DNA from: the human T2T-CHM13v2.0 reference genome, Homo sapiens | Direction: 5' to 3' (one strand) | DNA: 64,000 nucleotides | NCBI RefSeq assembly: GCF_009914755.1 | Contig: NC_060941.1 | Part shown: in pieces, positions 45,328-57,858 of the stretch | Layout of the letters: every line of letters starts with the position of its first letter | Numbering within the stretch: the first letter of the stretch is position 1 | The notes under the pieces: generated by a model | Seen by the model: only the letters and a program-made list of their open reading frames with translations | The model's database searches: none | What the model was told of the DNA's origin: nothing | Translations under genes and position numbers: made by a program

Positions 45328-45668
45328 TGCTGGGCGCAGTGACTCAGGCTTGTAATCGCAGCTGAGAGACTGCAGTGGGAGGATCACTTGAGGCCAGGAG
45401 TTCGAGACCAGCTTGGGCAACATAGTACGACCTCATCTCTACAAAAAAAATAAGAACAAAAAAATTAGCCAGGCTTGGTGGTGCTACCCTGAGTAGCTAT
45501 GCCTGTAGTCCTGGCTACTCAGGAGGCTGAGGCAGGAGGATTGCTTGAGCCCAGGATTGGAGGCTCCAATGAGCTGTGATTACACCATTGTATTCTAGCC
45601 TGGGCAACAGAGTGAGACTTCATGGCTAAAAATAAATAAAATTAAAACAAAAACAAACACACAAAAAC
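45328..45668 (+). mobile_element. Alu (AluJ)
   Basis: GGATCACTTGAGGCCAGGAGTTCGAG and GGAGGATTGCTTGAGCCCAGG; A/C-rich tail. Confidence 0.92.
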
Positions 45669-45744
45669 ACTGAAGCCTTCTGATTCTGAACTGCAGGCAG
45701 GTTGAGTTAGACATGCTCATTGGGAGGAAAATCCAGAGCCACCT

Positions 45745-46066
45745 TGTCTAAGTCTGTTATTGCTGCTATAACTGAATACTACAGACTGGGTAGGTTATAG
45801 AGAACACATTTATTTCATATAGGTCTGGAGGCTTGGAAGCACAAGATCTAGGTGCCAGCATTTGGTGTCTGGTGAGGGTCTTCTTTCTGTGTCCTCACAT
45901 GACAGAAGGCAAAAGGGCAAGCTAATATAATGCTAGTATAAGGGCCTTAATCCCATAAATGAGGGAGGAGCCCTCCTGGCCTAATCACCTCTTAAGGACC
46001 CCACCTCTGAATACCATCAACTTGGCAACACCTAAATTTTGAAGGAGACACATTCAAACTATAACA
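45745..46066 (-). mobile_element. MST/MLT1A-like solo LTR
   Basis: TGTCTAAGTCTG...GCTGCTATAACTGAATAC...CCTAATCACCTCTTAA...CATTCAAACTATAACA; TSD CACCT/CAACT. Confidence 0.88.
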
Positions 46067-46069
46067 CAA

Positions 46070-47565
46070 CTGCAATCATATTCTAGTCTGCTTTGCTAAT
46101 GTTTTCAGCCATGAAGTAATGCTCTGACTCATCTGCCTGCCTCCAGTTGCTTGCTCCTTCAGCCTCATTTTCACATTTCTACCAAATATAATGTCCTCTA
46201 TTCTTCAGTCTTCCCCCTCAAAAGCCATCAGTGGCTTCCTGTTGAATAATGATCAAACTCTGTCTTAGGGCATTCAAAGCCTAGCACCAAAACTGGCAAG
46301 TAGGTTTTAATTAGTGCACCAGCCCTGATGGATTTTTGTCCTTTCTGCCTGGAGCTTTGTGTTGAAAAAGGATCTAAAGCTACATCTGAATTCAATGAGA
46401 AGACGTGTTGTGATTGATTGGGGATTGCTGCCATGACTTTGGTATCTGAGAGCAAAAGCCCAAGGCCAAGCATTTCTTATCCCTGCCCAACACGACCCAG
46501 TCTCATCTTCTCATCTATCATTCCATCTCTGTGTCTCACTGTATTATCAAACTGTTTGCTCCAGCAACTTCAAACTATGTTCAGTCAAGGGTGAGTAAAA
46601 ACGTACAGCAATATATTCCTCATTAGAGTGTCAGATATTTAAGAATATCCATGTATTCTACTTCTTTAAAACTTTCGTATCTGTCCCTTCTTTGCCATCT
46701 CCACTGCCTCTGACTTAGTTCAGACCCTCGCTAACTCTCCCTGTTCTGTTTTACTATTGTCCTATCTGACCATCATTTATTGTGAATTAAGACCCTCAGT
46801 AGATCCCATTTCAATTTCCTTAGCTTGGTTGGAAGTCCCTACCCCCTAAGCTCACATACACACTTTAGCCACTGCTAACCTTTCCAACATTATCTCTGCC
46901 CCATTTTCCAATGCAACTTGCAATGGCAGTCAACTTTCAGTGCCATTTCCTTGAAGGCAAGGTTCATTTCTTACTTAACTTTGTATCCCACACCACCCAT
47001 TATGTTGCTTATAATACTGTGGATATTCAATCACTGTTTTAATGAATGGATTAATGAATGAAGAATCTTGAGGATCTAGGTTTTTGTAGATCTGTTCTAA
47101 GTATAAGAAGTGCTGAAAATATGCTATAACCTCTGAGACTTGGAAGTGGGAGGGGATATTGAGAGCCTTGGCCACACAAAGAACGGCTCACCAGAGGTAA
47201 ACAAAAGTTCTGGAAAAATTACCTGGCTAGGTAGCCAGACCTAGACCTGCAAGCCTGGGGAACTCTAACTTCTGTAAGGAAGGCTCAGACATCAGACTTT
47301 TGCAAAGCCAGCTTCTTCCCTTCACTCAGGTCTTGCTTCAAACACTACCTCCCCTATCCATTGCATTACCCCATTTATTTTCCTCAAGGAACCTTTCATC
47401 TATCTTACTTATTGTTTTGACTCTTTATCTATCTTCCATCTTTCCCAGTAGTGTAATATCAACATGAGAGCACAAGCTCTTTTGGTTTGTTTACAGCAGT
47501 GTCCCCAGCTCCTAAAACCATGAATAGTACTATTCAATTTGTCTAATAATTGGATCGATCAATTC
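46070..47565 (+). mobile_element. Patchwork of L2 fragments (not contiguous)
   Basis: CTCAAAAGCCATCAGTGGCTTCC; CCTTGAAGGCAAGG...AATGAATGGATTAATGAATGAA; GTGTCCCCAGCTCCTAAAAC. Confidence 0.55.
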
Positions 47566-48109
47566 TCAGTACTAGTATTCACTCAGATAAGAGAAGGGGG
47601 CAAATGAGGTAATCTAGGTGGTGACCAATAACTGGGGGATGGATAGGAAGAAAATGATTATCAGGAGAATTAGTCAATGGGTTCTTGCTCCTAGCCTCAG
47701 GAAGAGGGCTGGCAGTAATTAAGTCAAGTCCCTACCAGTTCTAGAGTTTGGGGAAGAGTGAGGCTTGGAATGCTTTGAAGGGAAAGTGGCAAGAGAACTC
47801 CTGTGGGTAAGCAACCTTATGGGGATAGCGAATGCTCCACAGATATCAGATTCTGGATCAACTTGGCAGTCCAGAAGAATTGCAGCCATGGGACCTGGCT
47901 CTGGGTGGACCATGGTTTTTAAGCCATGAGATTCATGAGAGAGCTTTGATGTGGGTATTACATACGTCCCAATGTTGCTGGTCTTAAATCAGGAATTACA
48001 GGAAGCTCAAGTCCACTAATGGAGTCACATACTTTTAAGATTACGGGGCTGGGGAAGGCTACAGAAAGAGAAAAACAGAGAGGGGATGAGATTCAGAGAA
48101 GGAACCTAG

Positions 48110-48340
48110 TAACTGTTGAAGCTTATTGTGTGCCAGTCACTGTATCTGGTTACTTACATGAACCATCCCATTTAATCCTCTTCAACCCTACAAGGTAGAT
48201 ATATCAACTCCATTTTATAGATGAAGAAACTAGGTCTCAGCAAAATTAAGGAAACTCCTAAAGGAGGTAACACAAATAATAGAGAAACCAGAATTTAAGC
48301 CCAGACCTAGACGACTCCCAAATCCATGCATTTTCTTTTC
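48110..48340 (-). mobile_element. MIR relic
   Basis: CCATTTAATCCTC...CCATTTTATAGATGAAGAAACTAGGTCTCAG. Confidence 0.75.
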
Positions 48341-49046
48341 ATTCAAATACAGTAGTTTTCTGTATTGCTCTGCCCCTTTTTCTTCTGTGATATGTGTGAC
48401 AGATAATCACACCTCTGACATACTTCTATGTGACTATAAATCATTGAAGGTGTCATCTGAGACTCTCCCTCTTTCTCACGCAATAATGCATATCAGAATG
48501 TGACTATGATATCATGGGAATAACTTTAAATTTGTGTTAAAAAACAGATGATTATTAGATTTCCAATCTGCAAAAGAACTGGTCATGAGACACTGGATTT
48601 GGATAGACAAAGGCTGGAAATGGGACATTTAATTGTTCAAATCTTTTTGGGTTACCATACTTGGTATGGAGTTAAATTTTCAGGGGGAGCTGGGATTGCT
48701 GTCATTAAAATTTATTAAGAAAGGCACAGTGAAAAGAGGAATTGGTCTGAATTTGGAACTCAGCCTGATAAAGTTGTCCTGGATCAATAAGTGGGAAATT
48801 AGCTGGACTGAATCCACAGTTTGGGCAATTAGTGAGGGAAAGCTATTTTTTTTTTTGATAAGTTGGAGTGTATCATGGACTTAAAACAAGAGTCAGGCTT
48901 CGTTTTGATGCAAAAACTGTCTGATTTGGGCTCTAAACCTACACATGGACAACTCTACCTTGTTTTAATTGTTCTCTGAGTTCTATATAAAAAAATTTTG
49001 GGAATTTGTTAATTTCATATACAATAACAACAAAAATGGAATGGCC

Positions 49047-49518
49047 ATTTTATGAGTTCCTAGAACTGGAATAAAAAATTATCACAAATTTGGTGACTTC
49101 AAATGACAGAAGTGTATTCTCTCAAAGTTCTGGAGGCCAGAGTCCAAAATCAAGCTGTGGGAGGGCTGCACTACCTCTGAAGGCTCTAGGAGAGGATCTT
49201 TCTTTGTATCTTTCAGCTTCTGGTGGCCCCAGATATTCTTTGGCTTGTGGCCACCTAACTCCAATCTTTGCCTCCATCTTAATATGACAATCTTCTCTGT
49301 GCCAGTCTTCTCTTCTGCCTGTCTCTTATAAGGACATTTGACAAATCTCACTTGTTATTAGATTTTGGTCTCATTTGGATAATCTCGTGTGATTGAAATA
49401 TCAAGATCCTTGAAATAATTACATCAGCAAAGACTCTTTTTTCTAAATAAGGTCACATTCACAGGTTCTAGGGATGAGGAGGTGGACATTTTTTGAGAGG
49501 CCACTGTTCAAACCACTA
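49047..49518 (-). mobile_element. MLT1C-like solo LTR
   Basis: AGTTCTGGAGGCCAGAGTCCAAAATCAAG, CCTCTGAAGGCTCTAGG, AAATAAGGTCACATTCACAGGTTC. Confidence 0.88.
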
Positions 49519-49814
49519 TTGTCCTCTTTTTCCATGTAGAGGACATTAAAATACAAGTGAACAAATTTACATAATGTACAGAATGTACAGAAATCACCTG
49601 ATTTATTTTTTGGAATGCAGAATGTATTATAACAGAGACCAGATATCACAAAAGGGTATTAAAGCAAATCAGGTGATTGTAGACATCTGGAAGTATGATT
49701 CCAGCCAGGAGTGAGACGATGATGCATCTTCTGGAGAACTTCTTGTTGAAAGGCTTGGGAGAAATGTGAGAAAGACTTGACTTCCAGGTAAAGAGAAAAT
49801 GAATGAAGTGGGTT

Positions 49815-50070
49815 TTGTAGCAGACAATGTTAGCTGCTAACCTAAAACCCCCTCTCCCTGCCACCTGACTTCACTAGGGCAGCTGGAACAGCCAGAAACT
49901 AGCTTTCCCAGCCATCTATGCAATAGGGGTTACTGTGCAACTCAGTTCTGGCCAGTGACACGTAGGCTGTGGATTCCCAACTTATCATTTGAGAAAAAGA
50001 AATCCTTATCTTTCAAGCCAGTGTTTGCCAGGTGTTCTGGTCCTTGTAGTTCAAAGCATTCCCTATTGAT
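49815..50070 (+). mobile_element. Old MLT1 (J/K-like) fragment
   Basis: TTTCCCAGCCATCTATGCAATAGGGGTTACTGTG...CAGTTCTGGCCAGTGA; TTGTAGTTCAAAGCATTCC. Confidence 0.5.
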
Positions 50071-50642
50071 AGAGTTGCTTTTCTAGAAGAATTCAGTCCT
50101 TTTTTCTAAACAGGAAAATTCCTAACTACATCACAATCTCCAGGCTTAGAAGATGAGAAACCTGAGGATGGAAATGTTTCCTTCTGACTTAGACTGACAA
50201 TAAGCTTACTGTTGGGTTTGGTACCTGGATTTACTGACCTCTCATCTTCAAGGTGCTGGTTGGTTGCTCACAACATATAGTCTTAGGGTAGCCTACTTGT
50301 AGTTAAAGGCAAACTGTCCATACTGAAGCTAGTAGAGGAAGCTTTGCCAGAGAACTCTGCTTATGAAATCTACTCTCATTATCCAACTAGCATTTTAGAT
50401 AACCAGCAGTTTAAAGCAGGTGACAAAAAGGGAAAAATGCACCTGGGAAGAAATATGTGAATTCATGATGGTCCTGAGAGTGGCCTTCAAGTTTTGTGAT
50501 TATACCTATGTCTCATGGTATGATCACATTTACTCAATTTTCACATATGCATATTTACCATTCTTTTCCACTGAATATTCTGTCCTCCATTTTGTGTTCA
50601 CATATGTGAGTTAATACATATATATGTTTTTAATTATATGGG

Positions 50643-51008
50643 AGTATTATGCCATTCTTGCAAAGAAATACCTGAGACTGGGTAGTTTATAAAGAAAAGA
50701 GATTTAATTGGCTCACGGTTCTGCAGGCTGTAAAGGAAGCACAGTGGCTTCTGCTTTTGGAGAGGCCTCGGGAAACTTACAATCATGGTGGAAGGCAAAG
50801 GGGAAGCAGGCTCATCTTAGAAGGCTGGAGCAGGAGCAAGAGATGGGGGAGGTGCTACATACTTTTAAGCAACCAGATCTTGTGAGAACTCTATCACACT
50901 ATACAGTACCAAGAGGGAGATGATGCTAAACCATTTATGAGACACCTCCAACACTGGGGATTGACTTGACCTGAGATTTGGTGGGGACACAGATCCAAAC
51001 CATCCTCA
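50643..51008 (-). mobile_element. MSTA/B-like solo LTR
   Basis: AAAGAAATACCTGAGACTGGGTAGTTTATAAAGAAAAGAG...GAGATTTGGTGGGGACACAGATCCAAACCAT. Confidence 0.9.
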
Positions 51009-51362
51009 ATAAGTAATACATGAATAGCTTTCTCGTTGTAAAAAAAAATCAGTAGTGCAGATAAAATTAAGAACGTCATTGATTATCCTACCCTCGATTC
51101 CCAGTAACCAGAGATAATGAGTCATAACTCTTTGGATACTCTTGTAGGTTTTTATTTATGTATTTATAAAATACGTGTCTAAAGAAATTTGTAACTCCAT
51201 TTTCAGATGTTTGCATGCAAGCATTTAATAGAAATGATGTCATGTAGTAAGTACCGTTGCAGTATCTTGCTTTTTAAAAAACTAAATGTCTTGTATGTCT
51301 TCTCATATCCATACGTATGAATCTTGATTATATATTTTTAACAGCTACATAGTATTACCTAA

Positions 51363-51885
51363 TGTGGTGGTTTTAAAATTTGTCCACAAATTCTTCTATA
51401 CTTCCTTTTGCAAGAGGTGGAGCATAATTCCTCTCTTGTTTATTGTCAGTTGAACTTAATCACTGTCTTCTAATGAATAGAACAAAGTAGAATAATAGCA
51501 TGTAACTTCAAAGACTAGATGGTAAAAGAAAGGCATTGGGATTTCTTCTTTGCTCTTCTTTCTTGAATCTACTTCCCTGGGAGAAGCCAGCTGTTATGAA
51601 CGTTCAACAGCTCTATGGAGGTGCCCACTTGAAGAGGAACGGAGGCCTCCCTCCAACAGCCATGTAAGTGAAGAAGACTTCAGTCCCAGTCAAGCCTTCA
51701 GCCAACTGCAGCCCTAGCCAACATCTTTACTACAAACTCATGAGACCATGAGCCAAAACCACCCAACTACCCAGCTTAGCCATTCACAAATTCCTCACCC
51801 ATAAAACTATACTATAATAAATATTTGCTGTTTTATGTCATTAACTTTTGGGATAGTTTGTTACATAACAATTGATAAATAACAC
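51363..51885 (+). mobile_element. MLT1F/G-like solo LTR
   Basis: TGTGGTGGTTTTAAAATTTGTCCACAAATTC...CCCAGTCAAGCCTTCAG...TTTTGGGATAGTTTGTTACATAACAATTGATAA. Confidence 0.82.
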
Positions 51886-52080
51886 ATCTAGTATGGTTTT
51901 AATTGTCTTTATTGATCCATTCCCATATTGATAACACTTATATTTTTGTATTACAGGAGTACTAGCTGCCATCCTTTTCTTATTTCTGATTGTAAGAAAA
52001 TGGTTCTAATATTTCATTTTTAGGTATGACACTTTTTGCTGATTTTGTTTGATACTTTTTACCGGGTTAATAAAATTCCC

Positions 52081-52659
52081 ACAATAGACCAAATTTGGAA
52101 GCAACCTAAGTGTCCATCAACAGATGAATAGATAAAGAAAATGTGGTACATATACGCAATGGAGCACTATTCAGCCATACAAAAGAATGAGATCCTTTCA
52201 TCTGCAACAACATGAATGGAACTGGAAGTCATTATGCTAAGTGAAATAAGCCAGGCACAGAAAGACAAACATTACATGTTTTCACTTATATGTGAGACCT
52301 TAAACTCAAAACAATTGAACTCATGGAGATAGAGAGTAGAAGGATGGTTACCAGAGGCTGAGAATGTAGTGGGAGGGGGAGGGGGAGATGGAGATGGTTA
52401 ATGGGTACAAAAAATAGAAAGAATAAATAAGACCTAGTATTTGGTAGCACAACAGGCTGACTATAATCAACGTAATTTAATTGTACATTTAAAAACAACT
52501 AAACAAGTATAATTAGATTGCTTGTAACACAAAGGATAAATGCTTGAGGGGATGAATACCCCATTTTACATGATGTGACTGTTATGCATTGCATGTCTGT
52601 ATAAAAACATTTACTCAGTAAACACATACACTTACTATGTACCCACAAAAATAAAATAA
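52081..52659 (+). mobile_element. 5'-truncated L1MA (1-3-like) 3' end
   Basis: GGAAGCAACCTAAGTGTCCATCAACAG...AATAAGACCTAGTATTTG...; TSD AATAAAATTCCC at 52069-52080 and 52660-52671. Confidence 0.92.
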
Positions 52660-53124
52660 AATAAAATTCCCTCATAACTTCAGTTTGCTAGGTCTCCTAC
52701 ATAAATGATAAATGAATGGTAAATTTTATTGGCTTCTTTTTCTTTACTTATTGAGATGACCAATTTTCCAAACCTATTAATTGGTGGAATACATGAATAG
52801 ATTTTATATTAATTAAGGTTAAAAATACTTGTGTTTCTGGCATATATCCAGCTTGGTCTTGATGTTTTTTATACATGTATAGATGTGGTCTGTTTTATAA
52901 TTGAATCAATTTATAATTTTTAACCCTATGATCATAAATAAGATTGACCTTTAATCTTCTTTTGTTGTCTAAATCAGGTTTTGGTATCAAGATAATGATA
53001 ATCTCATAAAATGAGCTGGGGCTATACCCTCTTTATTCTCTAGAAATTTCCTTTTAAATAGGGAATTTTTAAAATAGGTTTGGAAAAAATTTGTCTGTGG
53101 TTTTCCAGTAAGATTTTTTGTTAA

Positions 53125-54215
53125 TAAGCTTCTATTTTGAGCTTATTTTTGATTTATGGAAAAATTACAAAGATATTACAGACAGTTCCCATATATCCTT
53201 CACTCAATTTCTCCATCTCATATAACATCTTAACATCTCATATAATAATATTACATTTGCTAAAACTAAGGAATTGACATTGGCATATTATTATCAACTG
53301 AATTTCCTATGATATGTAGAATTTCCCAGTTTTTATTTTGGGTTCTTTTTCTCTTTCATGGTCTAATTCAGAATAACACATTGCATTTAATTATCATGTC
53401 TCTTTAGTCCCCTGTGGTCTGTGCAAGTTCCTCAGTCTTTCTTTGTTTTTCAAGACCTCGACAGTTTTGAGTAGCACTGATGAGGTATTTTGTAGAATGT
53501 CCCCCAGTATGGGCTTGTCTGATGTTTTTCGCTTGATTAGACTGGTGTTATGGGTTTTTGAAAAGCATGCCACGGAGATGAAGCATACTTCACATAACAT
53601 CATCTCAAGGCGAAAGGTGGTATCCATGTGATATCACTGGTAATGTTAACTGCATGCCTTGGCTAAGGGCTTTCTACTGTAAAGTCACTATTTTTCTCTT
53701 TCATATACTATTTTTTTTGAACCAAATCACTAAGTTCGGCCCATGCTTGGTGGGCAGGGGAATTAAGTTTGGCATCCTGAAGAGGGGGCAGTATCTACAT
53801 ATATTATTTGAAATTCTTCTGAAAATAAATTTGTCTATTCTCTTCCATTTCTTTGTTTATTGATTTATTCAATCATTTGTCTGTATCAGTACAGACTCCT
53901 GTATATTTATTTACACTTCGGGTTATAATCCAATATACTTTATTTTGTTTCTCCCATTGTTCCACTTTAGGCTATTGGGAGATCTTTCACGTTGGTTCCT
54001 GTGTCTCCTTGACATTCCCCCATTCTTTCATTCTCTTGAGTACTTCCTTATTTCATATTACTACTGATCCTCCAGGCTTGTCTTCTCGTTTCGCTGCCCC
54101 AGTCCTAGAAACAATTTCTTCAAGAAATCTTTGTTCCCGTTTTTTGAAGAATGCTATTTAGAAAGCAAATTCTGGTTTTAGGGTGTGCTTGTAGCTATTC
54201 GGTTGCTATTATTTC
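53125..54215 (-). mobile_element. Old L1 (L1MC-like) 3'UTR
   Basis: AAAACTAAGGAATTGACATTGG, CACATTGCATTTAATTATCATGTCTC, GGTATTTTGTAGAATGTCCC. Confidence 0.75.
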
Positions 54216-54224
54216 TGCTCTGTG

Positions 54225-55145
54225 ATTTTTTGTAAGCAGCTTTATTGAAATACAATTAACATGCCATACAAATAAACTATTTTAAATGTACAATTCAATG
54301 GTTTACAATATATTCACAGAATTGTACAATCAACATTAAAGATAATTTTAGGATATTTTCATCACCTCAAGAAACGACCTCATGCCTGTGTTGTTGGGCT
54401 AATTAAAAAGAAGAAACCCTGTCATATTTGTGTACCACTTCTTTATTTTGCCCTTCCCTTAGCTCTAAGCAACCACTAATCTACTTTTTAATCTTTACAG
54501 ATTTCTTTATTTTGAACCTTCTTATGGATTGAGTCACATAACATGGGGCCTTTTGTAATTGGCTTCTTTCACTTAGCATATGGTTTTCAAGGTTCATCCA
54601 AGTTGTAGCATGTATTAGTACTTCATTCCTTTTTTGGATGAATAATATTTCATTGTATGGTTTTACCACACTTTGTCTATTCATTCATCCACTGATGGAC
54701 ATTTGAATTCTTTTCACCTTTTTGCTCTTGTAAACAATGCTGGTATAAACATTTGCATAACTTTCTGTGTAGATGTATATTTTGGGGTTTATACTTAAGG
54801 GTAGAATTTCTGTGTTTTATGGAACAATATGTTTAATCATTTGAGGAACTCCCACACTGTTTTCCAAATAAACTGGACTTTTCTATATTTCCACTAGAAG
54901 TGTATGAGGTTCTGATTACTCCATATCCTTGCCAACACTTGTTATTTGACATGTAAATTTTACTTAATCTAGTGGGTGTAAAGTGGTATCTCATTGTGGT
55001 TTTGATTTTGCATTCCCCTGATGGCTAAAGATGTTGAGCATTTTTCCACATGTTTGCTGGCCATTTGTATGTCTTCTTTGAAGAAATATATCATATCATA
55101 TCATATCATATATAAATATCTCTTCATATACTTTGCCCACTTTTT
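54225..55145 (-). mobile_element. L1MB-like 3' region
   Basis: CAGCTTTATTGAAATACAATT, GGCTTCTTTCACTTAGCATATGGTTTTCAAGGTTCATCC, GTGGTATCTCATTGTGGTTTTG. Confidence 0.85.
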
Positions 55146-55200
55146 CATGCATACAAGAAATTTAAACATAAAGGCACTCTCAAAAATGGTGAAACTATCT

Positions 55201-55312
55201 TGGGAGGACAATGTGGGAGGATCACCTGAGCCCAGGAGTTCAATACCAGCCTAGGCAATATAGTGAGAACTTGTGTCTACAAAAAATAAAATAAAACAAA
55301 ACAAATAAAAAA
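55201..55312 (+). mobile_element. Partial Alu left monomer (FLAM/AluJ)
   Basis: TGGGAGGACAATGTGGGAGGATCACCTGAGCCCAGGAGTTC... followed by an A-rich tail. Confidence 0.8.
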
Positions 55313-55507
55313 TGGTGTAGGTTGTAGTGAAGGGAATTGAGAGGAGATTCATAAATGTAATGAAGGTATGTCCTGAACTGTAGGCCAGCTAGTTTATAGA
55401 AATAAGATAGCTGGGAGGAGCCTTCTGTAGTCAGGATAAATATAGATTATTTAAAAATTAAAATAAACAGAATAAATATCTTGGTACATATTTATACAAT
55501 CAATTTC

Positions 55508-55820
55508 ATCCAGGTGCGGTGGCTCACGCCTATAATCCCAGCAATTTGGAAGACTGAGGCAGTCAGATCACCTGAGGTCAGGAGTTTGAGACCAGCCTGG
55601 CCACCATGGTAAAACCCCATCTCTACTAAAAATACAAAAATCAGCTGGGTGTGGTGTTGCACATCTGTATTCCTTGCTACTTAGGAGGCCGAGGCACGAG
55701 AATTGCTTGAACCCAGGAGGCAGAGATTGCAGTGAGCCGAGATCACACCACTGCACTCTGATGGCATCAGAGTGAGCCTCTGTCTCAAAATAAATAAATA
55801 AATAAATAAATAAATAAATA
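55508..55820 (+). mobile_element. Alu (AluSx/Sz-like) with (TAAA)n tail
   Basis: Full dimer; TSD AATCAATTTC. Confidence 0.94.
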
Positions 55821-56443
55821 TTTAAAAAATCAATTTCTTTGCCATCTCTTTAATATCTTGTCACTGGTATTTTCTAAAGAATGTATTTTTAAATGTGACT
55901 CTTTGAATAAATTTCTTTCAATTACCTTCAAAATTGGTAAACTTTGGCAATTATTGCTTTCATTTCAGTTAACATAATATCAGAGCTTATTTGAACTCAA
56001 TTTTAAATGATGTGTTCACCAAAGATATTTTTAAGTACATTTCTGCTTCTAGATTATTAATTTAGTAGAGAAACATTATTTTTTCATGGTACTATGTTCC
56101 ATCACAACTTATATACCTATAATCAATGTAAGCTAAATTATTTTATATTAAAATTTTAATTTTTAAATACAATTTACAATGTAATTCACAATAATGTCAG
56201 ACACTTTATTTTTTAACAAAAGAAAATTCCAAAAGGTTTACGTTGATTCCTCGTTTTCCAGGCAGTTCATTGTGTCATTTATAAATAACAAAATCTGTGC
56301 CTCTTATTTTTCTGTCTGTATTGGTCTTTAGCATCCACGTGGACCTTCTGAACAAAGTTGAATAAGAGAAGTGATAGAGGATTGCCCTGTTTCTAACTTC
56401 AGCTGGAATGCTTCTAATATTTCTCCATTAAAACTGTTGTACA

Positions 56444-56839
<396 letters not shown>

Positions 56840-57329
56840 TCAAGTAGAAGAAATGCCCATCGACTCTAAGTGAAGATTTATTTTAAATCAGGAATCAATA
56901 TTGGATTTTATCAAATGTTAAACGTTTGTTTCAACAAGTTACATTAATGCCTTTCAAAAATATTAAACCATCTTTCTATTCCTGAGTGTATCCAAGTAAA
57001 TCCCCCATAGTAATGCAGAGACTAGGTTTCCTTTAAATGTGGAGCAAAAAGACAGACAATCTTTGGTAAAGTGCTGTTGAGGTGGAAGCAGAAAAGATTC
57101 CTGTGTAACAGCAAAAGTACAGAAAACAGACTAAATATCTGTCAATATGACAAGAGTTAAATAAATTATGGCAACACTCATACAGTGTAATAAATTAGAA
57201 TCACAAGAATCATGAGAAAGTTCTCCAATTACCTAAGTGGAGAAATTGCCAAGATACCTTGTAAAACCCAATAGGTAGTTTTTGAACAGTATGCATAGTG
57301 TGCTAGCATCTATGAATTTAAAAGGGTTT

Positions 57330-57858
57330 AGAGAAGACAATCTATAAAATGGGAGAAAATATCCATAAACTATGCATTTGACAATATATAAGGAACTCAA
57401 CTGAATAGCAACAGTCAAATAATCCAATTTAAAAATGGGCAAAAGATCTGAATAGATATTTCTCAAAAGATGATATACAAATGGATAACACGTAGATGAA
57501 AAAAGTTCAGCATCACTAATTATCAGAGAAATGAAAATCAAAACCACAATAAAATGTCACCTCACCCCAGTTAGGGTGGCTATTATCAAAAAAAAAACAA
57601 AACAAAACAAACAAAACAAGACAAATGATGGTAAAGATGTGGAGAGAGGGGAACTCTTACACACTGTAGGTGGGAAAGTAAACTAGAATTGCCACATTGA
57701 CAACAGTATGAAGGTCCCTCAAAAAATTAATAGTAGAACTGCCATATGATCCAAAAATTCCACTACTGAGTATATGTCCAAGGAAGTGAAATCAACATGT
57801 CAGAGAGATATCTGTATCTCCATGTTTATTGCATAATTATTCACAATAGCCAAGATAT
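57330..57858 (+). mobile_element. L1MA-like element, 5' part (ORF2 C-terminus), split by the ERV
   Basis: AATGGGAGAAAATAT...CACCTCACCCCAGTTAGG...TTCACAATAGCCAAGATAT; continues at 63149. Confidence 0.88.
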